A stretch of 64,000 nt of DNA, taken from contig CAWIIP010000004.1 of NCBI GenBank assembly GCA_963836235.1, positions 512,001 through 576,000 of the forward strand, in the 5' to 3' direction. Both the position numbers and the translations under genes were made by a program. The notes beneath the pieces are model-generated. The model did no database searches. It saw nothing but the letters and a program-made list of their open reading frames with translations, and was not told the DNA's origin. The DNA is from an uncultured Pseudomonadota bacterium (GTDB lineage: Bacteria > Oederibacteriota > Muellerivitia > Muellerivitales > Muellerivitaceae). Positions 1 through 9,167 of this stretch are shown here, piece by piece (position 1 is the first letter of the stretch; the number at the start of each line of letters is the position of its first letter).

Positions 1-1
1 C

Positions 2-175
2 TTGATCCATTACCCGGTTCCGCCCCACCTTACCCCGGCTTACGCGGAGAGGGGATGGCGGGAAAATAGTTTTCCGATCGCGGCGAAGCTCGCCAAGACG
101 GTTGTGAGCCTTCCCATGGGGCCCCAGCTTTCTGAGCAACAGGTGACGAGCGTGGTTGATTTCCTAAGGAAATAA
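2..175 (+). CDS. 3' end (partial) of DegT/DnrJ/EryC1/StrS sugar aminotransferase
   Basis: Not in the ORF track. Frame 2 reads LIHYPVPPHLTPAY...FPIAAKLAKTVVSLPMGPQLSEQQVTSVVDFLRK*; IHYPxPxH and SLPMGP are typical of the family C-terminus, and the context is a glycan locus. Confidence 0.85.
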   Translation: MIHYPVPPHLTPAYAERGWRENSFPIAAKLAKTVVSLPMGPQLSEQQVTSVVDFLRK

Positions 176-240
176 GAAACCTAAATAGTGATAATTTTGA
201 ATATCGTTTTATGGCTTTAATACCAATATGAAGTGGAAAA

Positions 241-262
241 ATACGATGAGCCATCGTATAAT
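241..262 (+). promoter_or_regulatory. Palindromic operator overlapping the -10 box of TA module 1
   Basis: ATACGATG-agc-CATCGTAT (241-259) overlaps TATAAT (257-262); ATG at 269. Confidence 0.7.
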
Positions 263-268
263 TAGATT

Positions 269-484
269 ATGAAAGTCACCGCGCTCATACCCGATAAACT
301 TGTCCAAGAAGTTCAAGGATTCGCCAAAGGCAAAAACCTTACGGAATCGCTTGTCAAGGCCTTATCGGAATGGAACCAACAACAAAAAATCAGGGAATTG
401 AATCAATCGGTTCTTTTCCGCCCCTTGAGTTTCTCAAAAGATTTTTCAGCCACCCGCGTTCGAGCCATTAACCGCAAATCATGA
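269..484 (+). CDS. VapB-like antitoxin (DUF2191-like)
   Basis: 71 aa, MKVTALIPDKLV RHH-like start, ATGA overlap with a PIN gene. Confidence 0.75.
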   Translation: MKVTALIPDKLVQEVQGFAKGKNLTESLVKALSEWNQQQKIRELNQSVLFRPLSFSKDFSATRVRAINRKS

Positions 485-855
485 TCCTGGTGGATACTTC
501 CGTTTGGGTGGAGTTCCTCAAGGGTCATCAGCCTTATCCTGATAAAATGAAAAAAATGTTGGAGGACCGCCAGGTTCTGGCGGTTGAACCCGTATTTGGC
601 GAATTGCTTCAGGGTGCCCGGGATGACCGTGAGCGGCGTGTCCTTTTAGATTTTTGGGAAAACCTGCCTAAAAACCGCATCCTGGAAGATTGGGTAAAGG
701 CGGGGGAGTTATCCTCCAAAAATAAATGGCTGAATCATGGAATTGGTTTGATTGACGCAATCTTGATTTTTTATGCCCGGGAAACAGGATCAAAGGTTTG
801 GACCTTAGATAAAAAACTGAAGATGGTTTTGCATAAAAACGAGAATTTTGAATAG
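481..855 (+). CDS. vapC: PIN-domain toxin (VapC family)
   Basis: MILVDTSVW, ELLQG, IDAILI and WTLDK acidic PIN motifs. Confidence 0.88.
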   Translation: MILVDTSVWVEFLKGHQPYPDKMKKMLEDRQVLAVEPVFGELLQGARDDRERRVLLDFWENLPKNRILEDWVKAGELSSKNKWLNHGIGLIDAILIFYARETGSKVWTLDKKLKMVLHKNENFE

Positions 856-899
856 TTACCCGAACGGCGGCCTTCGACGCCCCTTTTGAAGATTCGTTC

Positions 900-938
900 T
901 TGACGATAAATACCAGAACGGTATCATAATGGTATCAC
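900..938 (+). promoter_or_regulatory. Sigma70-like promoter and operator of TA module 2
   Basis: TTGACG (900-905)-N16-TATCAT; ATACC-agaac-GGTAT inverted repeat and GGTATCA direct repeat; AGGAGG Shine-Dalgarno follows. Confidence 0.6.
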
Positions 939-953
939 TTTTAGGAGGCCCGC

Positions 954-1172
954 ATGTCCAGTTTGCTGATTAAAAATATTCCCGAGGATCTTCGGAAAAA
1001 ATTAAAAGAACAGGCCGAGCTCAACCACCGTTCCATGAACAAACAAGTGGTTTCCATCCTGGAGCAGGCCTTGGCAAGGCCGGGTATCGGCCAGCTTCCC
1101 CCGCCGGTTAAATTGAAGTTTCGGATAACGAATGAATGGCTGGATAAAGCGAAACGTTGGGGACGCCAATGA
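954..1172 (+). CDS. Arc/FitA-like ribbon-helix-helix antitoxin
   Basis: LLIKNIPEDLRKKLKEQAELNHRSMNKQVVSIL matches the FitA/Arc pattern; ATGA overlap with a PIN gene. Confidence 0.85.
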   Translation: MSSLLIKNIPEDLRKKLKEQAELNHRSMNKQVVSILEQALARPGIGQLPPPVKLKFRITNEWLDKAKRWGRQ

Positions 1173-1576
1173 TCGTGGTCGATGCCAATATCCTGGTATA
1201 CCGGATTGTGGATGGGGATAGGACGGCGGAAGCGTTACGTTTGCAGGAAAAAGACCCAGACTGGCGTACTTCGCCGCTTTGGGAATATGAATTTGGAAAC
1301 GCGTTGGTTTTGATGATCCACCAGAAGCATTTGACGGGAAAGATGGCGGCTCAATTGTTCCAAGCGGCTAAAGGCTTTTTTACGCCTTGCGAAATTCAGG
1401 CCGACACTCTTTTGGCGCTGCAACTGACGGACGAGAAAAAAATAAGTTTTTATGACGCTCAATATCTCGCCTTAGCTCGAACTCTGGATGTCCCTTTGGT
1501 GACCGAAGATAAAGCATTGCGGAGAGCGGCTGGTAGCTTAGCGGTAAACCTCCGTGATTATTTAACAGGGTGCTGA
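1169..1576 (+). CDS. vapC: PIN-domain toxin (VapC family)
   Basis: MIVVDANIL, YEFGNAL, SFYDAQYLALA, LVTED; start taken at ATG 1169 overlapping the antitoxin stop. Confidence 0.88.
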   Translation: MIVVDANILVYRIVDGDRTAEALRLQEKDPDWRTSPLWEYEFGNALVLMIHQKHLTGKMAAQLFQAAKGFFTPCEIQADTLLALQLTDEKKISFYDAQYLALARTLDVPLVTEDKALRRAAGSLAVNLRDYLTGC

Positions 1577-1667
1577 AAAAGTATTTTCGGCATCCTGTTA
1601 AATTGAAGACATGTTATCTTTTATTAACCCGAATATTGCCCATGGGGTGGGCCAAGTTGGACAGGCA

Positions 1668-1710
1668 TTGAAATGGCCGGTGATATTGTGTAATCTTACC
1701 AGTAAGATTA
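1668..1710 (+). promoter_or_regulatory. Promoter and palindromic operator of TA module 3
   Basis: TTGAAA (1668-1673); perfect inverted repeat TAATCTTAC-ca-GTAAGATTA (1691-1710); GGAGG Shine-Dalgarno follows. Confidence 0.7.
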
Positions 1711-1723
1711 TCGGAGGTGACTT

Positions 1724-1987
1724 ATGACTGTAGCTACGACAAAGCTTTCCTCAAAGGGACAGGTGGTTATTCCCGAATCCATCCGAAAGAGCTTGCATCT
1801 TAAAGAAGGGGACCAATTCGTCGTCGTCGGCCAGGGCGATTCCGTCATCTTTAAGACCATTTCGCCCCCATCTTTGGACCAATTGGACGGACTTTTGGCG
1901 AAGGTGAGGACCCAAGCCCGTAAAGCCGGGCTCCGCCGGTCCGACGCAAAGGCCGCCATTGCCTGGGCCCGGTCCCGGGGGAAATGA
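1724..1987 (+). CDS. AbrB/MazE/SpoVT-family antitoxin
   Basis: TTKLSSKGQVVIPESIRKSLHLKEGD is the AbrB-fold signature. Confidence 0.88.
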   Translation: MTVATTKLSSKGQVVIPESIRKSLHLKEGDQFVVVGQGDSVIFKTISPPSLDQLDGLLAKVRTQARKAGLRRSDAKAAIAWARSRGK

Positions 1988-2382
1988 TTCGAGTCGTAGT
2001 CGATACAAACATTGTCGTTTCCGGAACTTTTTGGAAAGGGCCTCCTGCCCTTGTTTTGGAGGCTTGGAGGAAGGGGGTTTTCCGTTGGCTGGTTTCCCCG
2101 GAAATTTTACAAGAATACCATCGGGCTTTAGGTAAATTGGCCAACGATTTTCCCACCGTTCCGATTGACCCCATTATGGAAATCATCAAGCTGAATTGCG
2201 ACTTGGTGGCCGCTAAACCAATCCGGAACATTTGCAAAGACCCGGATGATGATAAGTTTATTGCCGCCGCCTTAACGGGAAGGGCTGATTTCATTGTCTC
2301 CGGCGATAAGGTACTTTTAGAGGTTGGAACTTACCAAAATATCCAAATAATGAATTCGCCCAATTTCCTGAAAATCCTATAG
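1984..2382 (+). CDS. PIN-family putative toxin
   Basis: VVVDTNIVVSG, CKDPDDDKFIAAA, IVSGDK. Confidence 0.88.
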   Translation: MIRVVVDTNIVVSGTFWKGPPALVLEAWRKGVFRWLVSPEILQEYHRALGKLANDFPTVPIDPIMEIIKLNCDLVAAKPIRNICKDPDDDKFIAAALTGRADFIVSGDKVLLEVGTYQNIQIMNSPNFLKIL

Positions 2383-2523
2383 TTAGGCTGTCCATGATAA
2401 AATTCGTCGTTTTGGTTTTGAGTCTTATAAAACTTTCTTTTTTAACTTGGTACTGCGGGATTCCCTTAAGCATTCGCGCCTTCGCGGTAAAAGCCTGAGT
2501 CTTTATGAAAAAGGATTAAAACG

Positions 2524-3588
2524 ATGAAAATTTTGATCACCGGCGGGGCGGGGTTCGTGGGATCGAACCTGGCCAAAGAATTCAAGGGGTCCTTTCCGCG
2601 GGCCCAAGTCGTGGCTTTCGACAATCTCCACCGCCGGGGTTCGGAAATCAATCTCGTGGAGTTCAAGCGCCTGGGGATTTCCTTTGTCCATGGGGATATC
2701 CGGGTACCTTCGGATTTAGAAGACTTGGAAGGTTCTTACGACCTATTTATTGAGGCTTCCGCCGAACCCAGCGTTCACGCCGGAGTGGGGGCTTCTCCGC
2801 GTTATGTCATCGAAACCAACCTGGTGGGCACCCTGAATTGCCTGGAGTTCGCCCGGAAAAAAGCGGCCCAAACCATTTTTCTTTCGACTTCCCGGGTCTA
2901 TTCGATCCCCGCATTGCGGGCCATCCCCTTGAGAGAGACCAAAGACCGCTTTGAGATGAAGCCCGCCAAATCCGCCAAAGGATACGGCGCGCGAGGCATT
3001 GCCGAGAATTTTCCCACTGAAGGGTTCCGTTCCATCTATGGGAGCACGAAACTGGCTTCCGAATTGATCCTTCAGGAGTATGTCGAAACCTACCGCATGA
3101 AGGCCATCATCAACCGATGCGGCGTCATCGCCGGTCCGGGACAATTCGGGAAAGTTGACCAAGGCGTTTTCGCTCTTTGGGTTGCCAACCACTATTTTGG
3201 AAAACCCCTGAGTTACACCGGTTTCAGGGGCCGTGGGAAACAAGTTCGGGACCTGCTTCATCCGCGGGACCTTTACCGGCTCATCCGGAAACAAATGGAG
3301 AAAATGGACCCGCATTCGGGCCAGGTGTTCAATGTGGGCGGAGGCCGTCCAGTGTCCGTTTCCCTCAAGGAGATGACGGCGCTTTGCCGGAAAGTCACGG
3401 GACGTCAAATGGAAGTGAAGTCGGATTCCCGGACGGCGGGCGTGGACATTCCGCTTTACCTGTCGGACTTTTCCAAGGCACGGAAAGCCTTTGGATGGTC
3501 CCCAGAAAAAACGGTTGAAAATATCATAAGTGACATTTATAACTGGATTCACTCTCAAGAATCCCAATTAAAACCCCTGTTTTCTTGA
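2524..3588 (+). CDS. NAD-dependent epimerase/dehydratase (CDP-paratose 2-epimerase-like)
   Basis: ITGGAGFVG, STSRVY, YGSTK, GKQVRDLLH. Confidence 0.85.
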   Translation: MKILITGGAGFVGSNLAKEFKGSFPRAQVVAFDNLHRRGSEINLVEFKRLGISFVHGDIRVPSDLEDLEGSYDLFIEASAEPSVHAGVGASPRYVIETNLVGTLNCLEFARKKAAQTIFLSTSRVYSIPALRAIPLRETKDRFEMKPAKSAKGYGARGIAENFPTEGFRSIYGSTKLASELILQEYVETYRMKAIINRCGVIAGPGQFGKVDQGVFALWVANHYFGKPLSYTGFRGRGKQVRDLLHPRDLYRLIRKQMEKMDPHSGQVFNVGGGRPVSVSLKEMTALCRKVTGRQMEVKSDSRTAGVDIPLYLSDFSKARKAFGWSPEKTVENIISDIYNWIHSQESQLKPLFS

Positions 3589-3618
3589 CCGTTTTTTCCA
3601 TCCCATCCAGGTGAAAAT

Positions 3619-4689
3619 ATGTCCATCGCCATCGTGACGGGTTCCTCGGGCCTGATCGGAAGCCAAACCTCCCAATTCCTCTCTAGTCAGGGCCTGGATG
3701 TGGTCGGGGTTGATAACAACCTAAGGGAATATTTTTTTGGGAAAGACGGCTCCACCCTTTGGAACCTGGAAAACATGAAGAAAAGCATTCCCAGGTTTAC
3801 CCACAACGCCTTGGATGTCCGCGACCAGGATAAGATCTTCGGGCTATTCAAAAAATACGGAAACGATATCCAACTGGTGGTGCACGCGGCGGCCCAGCCC
3901 AGCCATGATTGGGCGGCGCAAGAGCCCTTGACCGATTTCACCGTGAACGCCAATGGAACCTTGATACTTTTGGAGGCGGCGCGCCAATTTTGCCCCAAGG
4001 CCGTTTTTATCTTCACTTCCACCAACAAGGTTTATGGCGACACCCCGAACCTGCTCCCCTTGGTGGAAACCCCCACTCGGTGGGAAATCGAAGCCTTCCA
4101 TCCTTATTACGCCAAAGGCATCGATGAACAAATGTCGATTGACCAGTCCAAGCACAGCCTTTTCGGGGTCAGCAAGACGGCCGCCGACCTGATGGTCCAG
4201 GAATATGGCAAATACTTTGGGATGAGGACCGGAGTGTTCCGCGGAGGATGCTTGACGGGGCCGGCCCATTCGGGCGCGAAGCTTCACGGTTTTTTGGCTT
4301 ACCTGGTGAAATGCGTGGTGGGCCGGATTCCCTACACGGTTTTCGGTTACAAGGGCAAGCAGGTTCGGGACAATATTCATTCCTACGACTTGGTCCAGGC
4401 CTTTTGGCGTTTTTTCCAAAACCCAAGGTCCGGCGAGGTTTACAACATGGGCGGTTCCCGGGTGAGCAATTGTTCCATGCTGGAAGCCATCACCCTGGCC
4501 GAGGAATTATCGGGTGAAAAGCTGAAGTATACCGTTTCGGGGGAGGCGCGTTCGGGCGACCATATTTGGTGGATCAGCGACGTTTCCAAATTTCAAAGCC
4601 ACTTTCCCGGCTGGTCCTACCGCTATGACCTGAAAAAAATCATGGAGGAAATCGTGGAAGCCAGCCGCGAACGGATTGGAACCCCATGA
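3619..4689 (+). CDS. NAD-dependent epimerase/dehydratase (RfbE/CDP-tyvelose epimerase-like)
   Basis: [36 protein letters not shown]. Confidence 0.85.
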   Translation: MSIAIVTGSSGLIGSQTSQFLSSQGLDVVGVDNNLREYFFGKDGSTLWNLENMKKSIPRFTHNALDVRDQDKIFGLFKKYGNDIQLVVHAAAQPSHDWAAQEPLTDFTVNANGTLILLEAARQFCPKAVFIFTSTNKVYGDTPNLLPLVETPTRWEIEAFHPYYAKGIDEQMSIDQSKHSLFGVSKTAADLMVQEYGKYFGMRTGVFRGGCLTGPAHSGAKLHGFLAYLVKCVVGRIPYTVFGYKGKQVRDNIHSYDLVQAFWRFFQNPRSGEVYNMGGSRVSNCSMLEAITLAEELSGEKLKYTVSGEARSGDHIWWISDVSKFQSHFPGWSYRYDLKKIMEEIVEASRERIGTP

Positions 4690-5441
4690 AGCTTTCGGTG
4701 GTCATTCCCGCCCATAATGAGGAAGGGGAGATTGAAGGGACGGTCCAAAATCTTTACATCCACCTGAAACACCACCGGATTCCCCATGAAATCCTCGTGG
4801 TCAACGACAATTCCAAAGATGGAACCGAGAATATTTTAAAGTCCCTGCGGCGGGATATCCCCACTTTGCGCTATGTCAATAACCGTCCGCCCAACGGATT
4901 CGGCTTGGCCGTCCGCAAGGGCCTCGCGGAGTCCCGGGGGGACGCCATAGCGGTTTACATGGCCGATGCCTCGGACAGCCCGGAAGATTTGGTGGTCTTT
5001 TACCGGGTGTTGAAGAGGAAAGGGGTGGATTGCGTCTTCGGCACCCGTTTCAGCCGAGGGTCAAAGCTGGTGGATTATCCCTTTCACAAGCTTTTATTGA
5101 ACCGAGGGGCCAATTTATTGATCCGTCTTCTTTTTGCCATTCCCTATAACGACACCACCAACGCCTTCAAGCTCTACCGGCGCCATGTCATCGCTGGCGT
5201 CCAACCCTTGATTTCCCATCATTTCAACTTGACGGTGGAAATTCCCCTGAAAGCCATCGTCCGGGGTTACCGATACGTGGTGGTCCCCAACAGCTGGACC
5301 AACCGCAAATCGGGCATTTCCAAACTCAAGATCAAGGAAATGGGTTCCCGCTATCTATTTATCGTTCTTTATTGCCTCATCGAGAAGTGGCTCTCCCGGG
5401 GGGATTACCACCGGCAAAGAGTCGAGGCAAAGAAGGGTTAA
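4686..5441 (+). CDS. Glycosyltransferase family 2 (polyprenol-phosphate glycosyltransferase-like)
   Basis: [37 protein letters not shown]. Confidence 0.88.
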   Translation: MKLSVVIPAHNEEGEIEGTVQNLYIHLKHHRIPHEILVVNDNSKDGTENILKSLRRDIPTLRYVNNRPPNGFGLAVRKGLAESRGDAIAVYMADASDSPEDLVVFYRVLKRKGVDCVFGTRFSRGSKLVDYPFHKLLLNRGANLLIRLLFAIPYNDTTNAFKLYRRHVIAGVQPLISHHFNLTVEIPLKAIVRGYRYVVVPNSWTNRKSGISKLKIKEMGSRYLFIVLYCLIEKWLSRGDYHRQRVEAKKG

Positions 5442-5653
5442 TCTTCGAATATTTTTCGGGCGCCAGATTTTATGATTATTTAGAGCGCTTTTTCATTATT
5501 CCGCTCACCTTCACATCAAAAAGTTACAAAAAAAAGCTCAAATTGAGGGTAGAATTGCGCCTTGTTTGAATTAAGAAAAAGAGTTTCATCCATGAAAATG
5601 CTTATCACCGGGGGGCGGGCTTCACCCCTCTCTTCCATAAACCTTCAAGGTAT

Positions 5654-5677
5654 GTGGGATCGAAGCCCACTTTTTTT
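5654..5677 (+). terminator. Possible intrinsic terminator upstream of rmlB
   Basis: GTGGG-atcgaag-CCCAC followed by T7. Confidence 0.45.
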
Positions 5678-5709
5678 GACGACGGTCAAATAATGATTGC
5701 GAGGATACT

Positions 5710-6783
5710 TTGAGGATATTAATCACTGGGGGCGCGGGCTTCATCGGTTCCAACTTCGTCAGGCTTGCCCTGAAACAAGGGCACCAAGCGGTGGTGCTGG
5801 ATTTGCTGACTTACGCGGGGCATGAATCCACTCTGGACGATGTGAAAAAATCTCCTTCCTTTACCTTCATTAAAGGGGACGTGGCGGACCGGGAACAGGT
5901 TCGTGAGGTTTTCGAAAAGCACAAACCCGGAGCGGTGGTTCATTTCGCCGCCGAATCCCACGTGGACCGTTCCATCGAAAACCCCGGAAGCTTCCTGAGG
6001 ACCAACGTGATGGGAACTTTCGAGCTGATGGACGCGGCCCGGCGCCAGTCCGGGCTGCCCGATGGTTTTCGCTTCATCCTGGTTTCCACCGACGAGGTCT
6101 ACGGGGCCTTGGGAGCTACCGGAGCCTTCACCGAGAACAGCCCCTACGCTCCGAATTCGCCTTATTCGGCCAGTAAGGCCGGGGCGGATCTCCTGGCTCG
6201 GGCCTACCATGAGACTTTCAAATTTCCCGTCCTCATCACGAACTGCTCCAATAATTACGGTCCCTACCAGTTTCCAGAGAAGCTCATCCCCCTCATGCTC
6301 TTGAACGCTCTGGAAGCCAAGGACCTGCCGGTTTACGGCGATGGGGGACAGATTCGGGATTGGCTTTACGTGGAAGACCATTGCGAGGCCATCCTTCAGG
6401 TTTTAGACAAAGGCAAACCCGGCCTAAAGTATTTGATCGGCGGAAGATCCGAAATGACCAATCTGAACCTTTTGGACGCCCTTTTGGGACTTTTGGAGGA
6501 ACTGCGTCCCGCCAGCCAAAATCCGGCGATGAAGGCCCGTGGCCTTTCTCGATACGCGGAGTTAAAAAAATTCGTGGCGGACCGGCCAGGCCATGACCGC
6601 CGTTACGCCATTGACCCTTCTTTCACCGAAAAAGAAACGGGTTGGCGGCCCCGTTATTCCTTTCAGGAGGGCCTCCGGGCCACGGTGGAGTGGTATCTTT
6701 CCAACCGGGATTGGTGCACAAGGGTTCAAGCGAACAATTATGACCGGGGCCGGTTAGGCCTTACCAAAGGAGCCGAAAAATGA
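5710..6783 (+). CDS. rfbB: dTDP-glucose 4,6-dehydratase
   Basis: TGGAGFIG, FAAESHVDRSI, STDEVYG, YSASK, NCSNNYGP, DRPGHDRRY. Confidence 0.96.
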   Translation: MRILITGGAGFIGSNFVRLALKQGHQAVVLDLLTYAGHESTLDDVKKSPSFTFIKGDVADREQVREVFEKHKPGAVVHFAAESHVDRSIENPGSFLRTNVMGTFELMDAARRQSGLPDGFRFILVSTDEVYGALGATGAFTENSPYAPNSPYSASKAGADLLARAYHETFKFPVLITNCSNNYGPYQFPEKLIPLMLLNALEAKDLPVYGDGGQIRDWLYVEDHCEAILQVLDKGKPGLKYLIGGRSEMTNLNLLDALLGLLEELRPASQNPAMKARGLSRYAELKKFVADRPGHDRRYAIDPSFTEKETGWRPRYSFQEGLRATVEWYLSNRDWCTRVQANNYDRGRLGLTKGAEK

Positions 6784-7652
6784 GGGGAATTCTACTAGCG
6801 GGCGGGGCGGGGACCAGGCTTTACCCCATGACCCGCGTGATGTCCAAACAATTGATGCCGCTTTACGACAAGCCGATGGTTTATTACCCCCTGACCACCC
6901 TCTTATGGACGGGAGTTAAGGAAATTCTCATTATCACCACTCCCGAGGACCAAGCTTCCTTTAAACGGTTGCTGGGGGATGGTTCCTGGCTGGGGGTCCG
7001 CTTTCAATATGCCGTTCAGCCCGCGCCAAACGGGATCGCCCAGGCGCTCTTGATTGGCCGTGATTTTCTGGCGGGGGATTCTTGCGCGTTGGCTTTGGGC
7101 GACAACGTTTTTTATGGACATGGCCTTCCGGAAAATCTGAAGGAAGCCTCGGCCCAAACCGGGGGAGCGACAGTTTTCGGTTATTGGGTTAGGGACCCGG
7201 AGCGTTATGGCGTGTTGGAATTCTCCCCAGATGGAAGCGTGAAAGATATCTTGGAAAAACCGGCAAAGGCCCCATCGCCCTGGGCTGTCACAGGCCTTTA
7301 CCTTTATGATCCCACGGCCCCGGAAAGGGCAGCCCGGCAAAAGCCCTCCCCGAGGGGAGAACTGGAAATCACCGATCTTAATCGGGATTATTTGAGGGAC
7401 GGCAAGTTGAACGTGGTCAAGCTGGGCCGGGGAACAGCTTGGCTGGATTCGGGGACTCCCGAAGCCTTGTTGAAAGCGGGCATCTTCCTTCAGGCCATCG
7501 AGGAACGGCAAGGATTGAAGGTTTGTTGTCCTGAGGAAGTGGCTTACGGCTTGGGATTGATCGGTAAAAAAGAAATCCTCGAACAGGTCAAGGCGCTTGG
7601 ATCCAGTCCCTACGCCCTTTACCTCAAGGAACTTATCGAGAGGGATTTATGA
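6780..7652 (+). CDS. rfbA: Glucose-1-phosphate thymidylyltransferase
   Basis: GILLAGGAGTRLYP, YDKPMVYYP, RGELEITD, WLDSGT. Confidence 0.96.
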   Translation: MRGILLAGGAGTRLYPMTRVMSKQLMPLYDKPMVYYPLTTLLWTGVKEILIITTPEDQASFKRLLGDGSWLGVRFQYAVQPAPNGIAQALLIGRDFLAGDSCALALGDNVFYGHGLPENLKEASAQTGGATVFGYWVRDPERYGVLEFSPDGSVKDILEKPAKAPSPWAVTGLYLYDPTAPERAARQKPSPRGELEITDLNRDYLRDGKLNVVKLGRGTAWLDSGTPEALLKAGIFLQAIEERQGLKVCCPEEVAYGLGLIGKKEILEQVKALGSSPYALYLKELIERDL

Positions 7653-8203
7653 GCCTTCTGATTGAAAAGACTCCACTGGAAGGGCTTTTGGTCATCAGCC
7701 CCAAAAGATTTCCGGACGACAGGGGTTATCTGGCCGAGACTTATCATTCGGAAAAATACCGGGAGGCGGGGATACTTTCCAACTTTGTCCAGGACAACCA
7801 ATCCTTATCCCGCCAGGACGTGTTGAGGGGGTTGCATGCCCAGGTCAAAAAACCCCAAGCCAAGCTGGTGCGGGTTTTGATGGGTGAAATCTTCGACGTG
7901 GCCGTGGATGCCCGGCCCGGGTCGCCCACTTATGGGAAATGGCATGGGGACTATCTCTCGGGCGAGAACCTGCGGCAGTTGTTCATTCCGGAAGGGTTTC
8001 TCCACGGATTTTGCGTGATTTCCGCAAACGCCCTTGTGCATTACAAATGCTCGGCTCTTTACGATTCCACGGATCCTTTTGGAGTCAAGTGGGATGATCC
8101 TGATTTGGGGGTGGAGTGGCCGGTTAAGGCGCCTATCGTTTCCGCCAAGGATATCCAAAACATGAGCTGGGCCGCGGCCCGCCGCGTTTTGGAATCCGCC
8201 TAG
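7649..8203 (+). CDS. rfbC: dTDP-4-dehydrorhamnose 3,5-epimerase
   Basis: DDRGY, FVQDNQS, LRGLH, PEGFLHGF. Confidence 0.96.
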   Translation: MSLLIEKTPLEGLLVISPKRFPDDRGYLAETYHSEKYREAGILSNFVQDNQSLSRQDVLRGLHAQVKKPQAKLVRVLMGEIFDVAVDARPGSPTYGKWHGDYLSGENLRQLFIPEGFLHGFCVISANALVHYKCSALYDSTDPFGVKWDDPDLGVEWPVKAPIVSAKDIQNMSWAAARRVLESA

Positions 8204-8221
8204 AATTTTAGGGGGTAAATT

Positions 8222-9076
8222 GTGCGGATCGCTTTGATCGGGGCGGGAGGAATGTTGGGCTCCCGAATGGCGACCCTCTTGAGGGTTTCGGGACACCAGG
8301 TCCTTTCTCCCGTCAGGAGCTTGTTGGATATCACTGACCCGGCGGGCCTGGAGACGTTTTTTAAGAACGAAACTTTTGATGGAATGGTCAATTGCTCGGC
8401 TTTTACGGCGGTGGATGCCTGCGAGGACCCCGCCCAATATCCTATCGCTTTAAAGGTGAATGCCCAGTCCGTGGGTGAAATGGCCAAACTTTCTCGAGAA
8501 AAAAAACGGTGGCTAGTGCATGTATCCACCGATTATGTTTTTGACGGGAAGGGGGAGAGACCCTGGCGGGAAGAAGACCCGATCCAACCCCTGAACGCCT
8601 ACGGCCAAACCAAGGCGGAGGGGGAAAGGCTGTTTCAGGAACAGGGTTGTCCTGGTTGGATTGTCCGCACCAGCTGGCTTTATGGCCCTCAGGGAAAACA
8701 TTTTGTCCGGACGATGGCGAAACTGATGAGGGAAAAAACGTCGGTAGAAGTCGTGGAGGACCAAATCGGGGGGCCCACTTATACGGGAGATTTGGCCCGC
8801 TTTATTCTGGATTTGGTGGAAGGGAAGCCAGCCAAAGGCGTCTATCATTTCGCCAATGAGGGTTACGTTTCCTGGCATGGGTTTGCCGATGCCATTCGGA
8901 AAGAGCTGGGTCTTTCTTGCGAGGTCAAGTCCATTCCTTCCAGCCGTTTTCCCCGGCCCGCCAAGCGGCCTTTCAATTCGAGGTTCGACCTTTCCAAGTC
9001 TAGAGCCGTGGCCCGAAACCCCTTCCGTCCTTGGCGGGAGGCCTTGAAGGATTATCTAGCAACCGAACCCTTGTGA
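8222..9076 (+). CDS. rfbD: dTDP-4-dehydrorhamnose reductase
   Basis: GAGGMLG, STDYVFDG, YGQTK, RTSWLYG, PAKRP. Confidence 0.95.
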   Translation: MRIALIGAGGMLGSRMATLLRVSGHQVLSPVRSLLDITDPAGLETFFKNETFDGMVNCSAFTAVDACEDPAQYPIALKVNAQSVGEMAKLSREKKRWLVHVSTDYVFDGKGERPWREEDPIQPLNAYGQTKAEGERLFQEQGCPGWIVRTSWLYGPQGKHFVRTMAKLMREKTSVEVVEDQIGGPTYTGDLARFILDLVEGKPAKGVYHFANEGYVSWHGFADAIRKELGLSCEVKSIPSSRFPRPAKRPFNSRFDLSKSRAVARNPFRPWREALKDYLATEPL

Positions 9077-9167
9077 TTCGCCCTTTCTGAAATTTATCCA
9101 TTTACCAAGGCCAGTCTTGGAATCTTTAGTTGATTCCATGGGATAGGGGAATTATTCTAAAACCACC

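Noticed and set aside
30-254. 74-aa minus-strand ORF at the window start
   Set aside because: Overlaps the aminotransferase 3' end on the + strand and the TA promoter.
2394-2498. 34-codon hydrophobic ORF after the third TA module (type I toxin-like?)
   Set aside because: No convincing SD or antisense RNA signal, and hydrophobicity is expected from T-rich spacer DNA.
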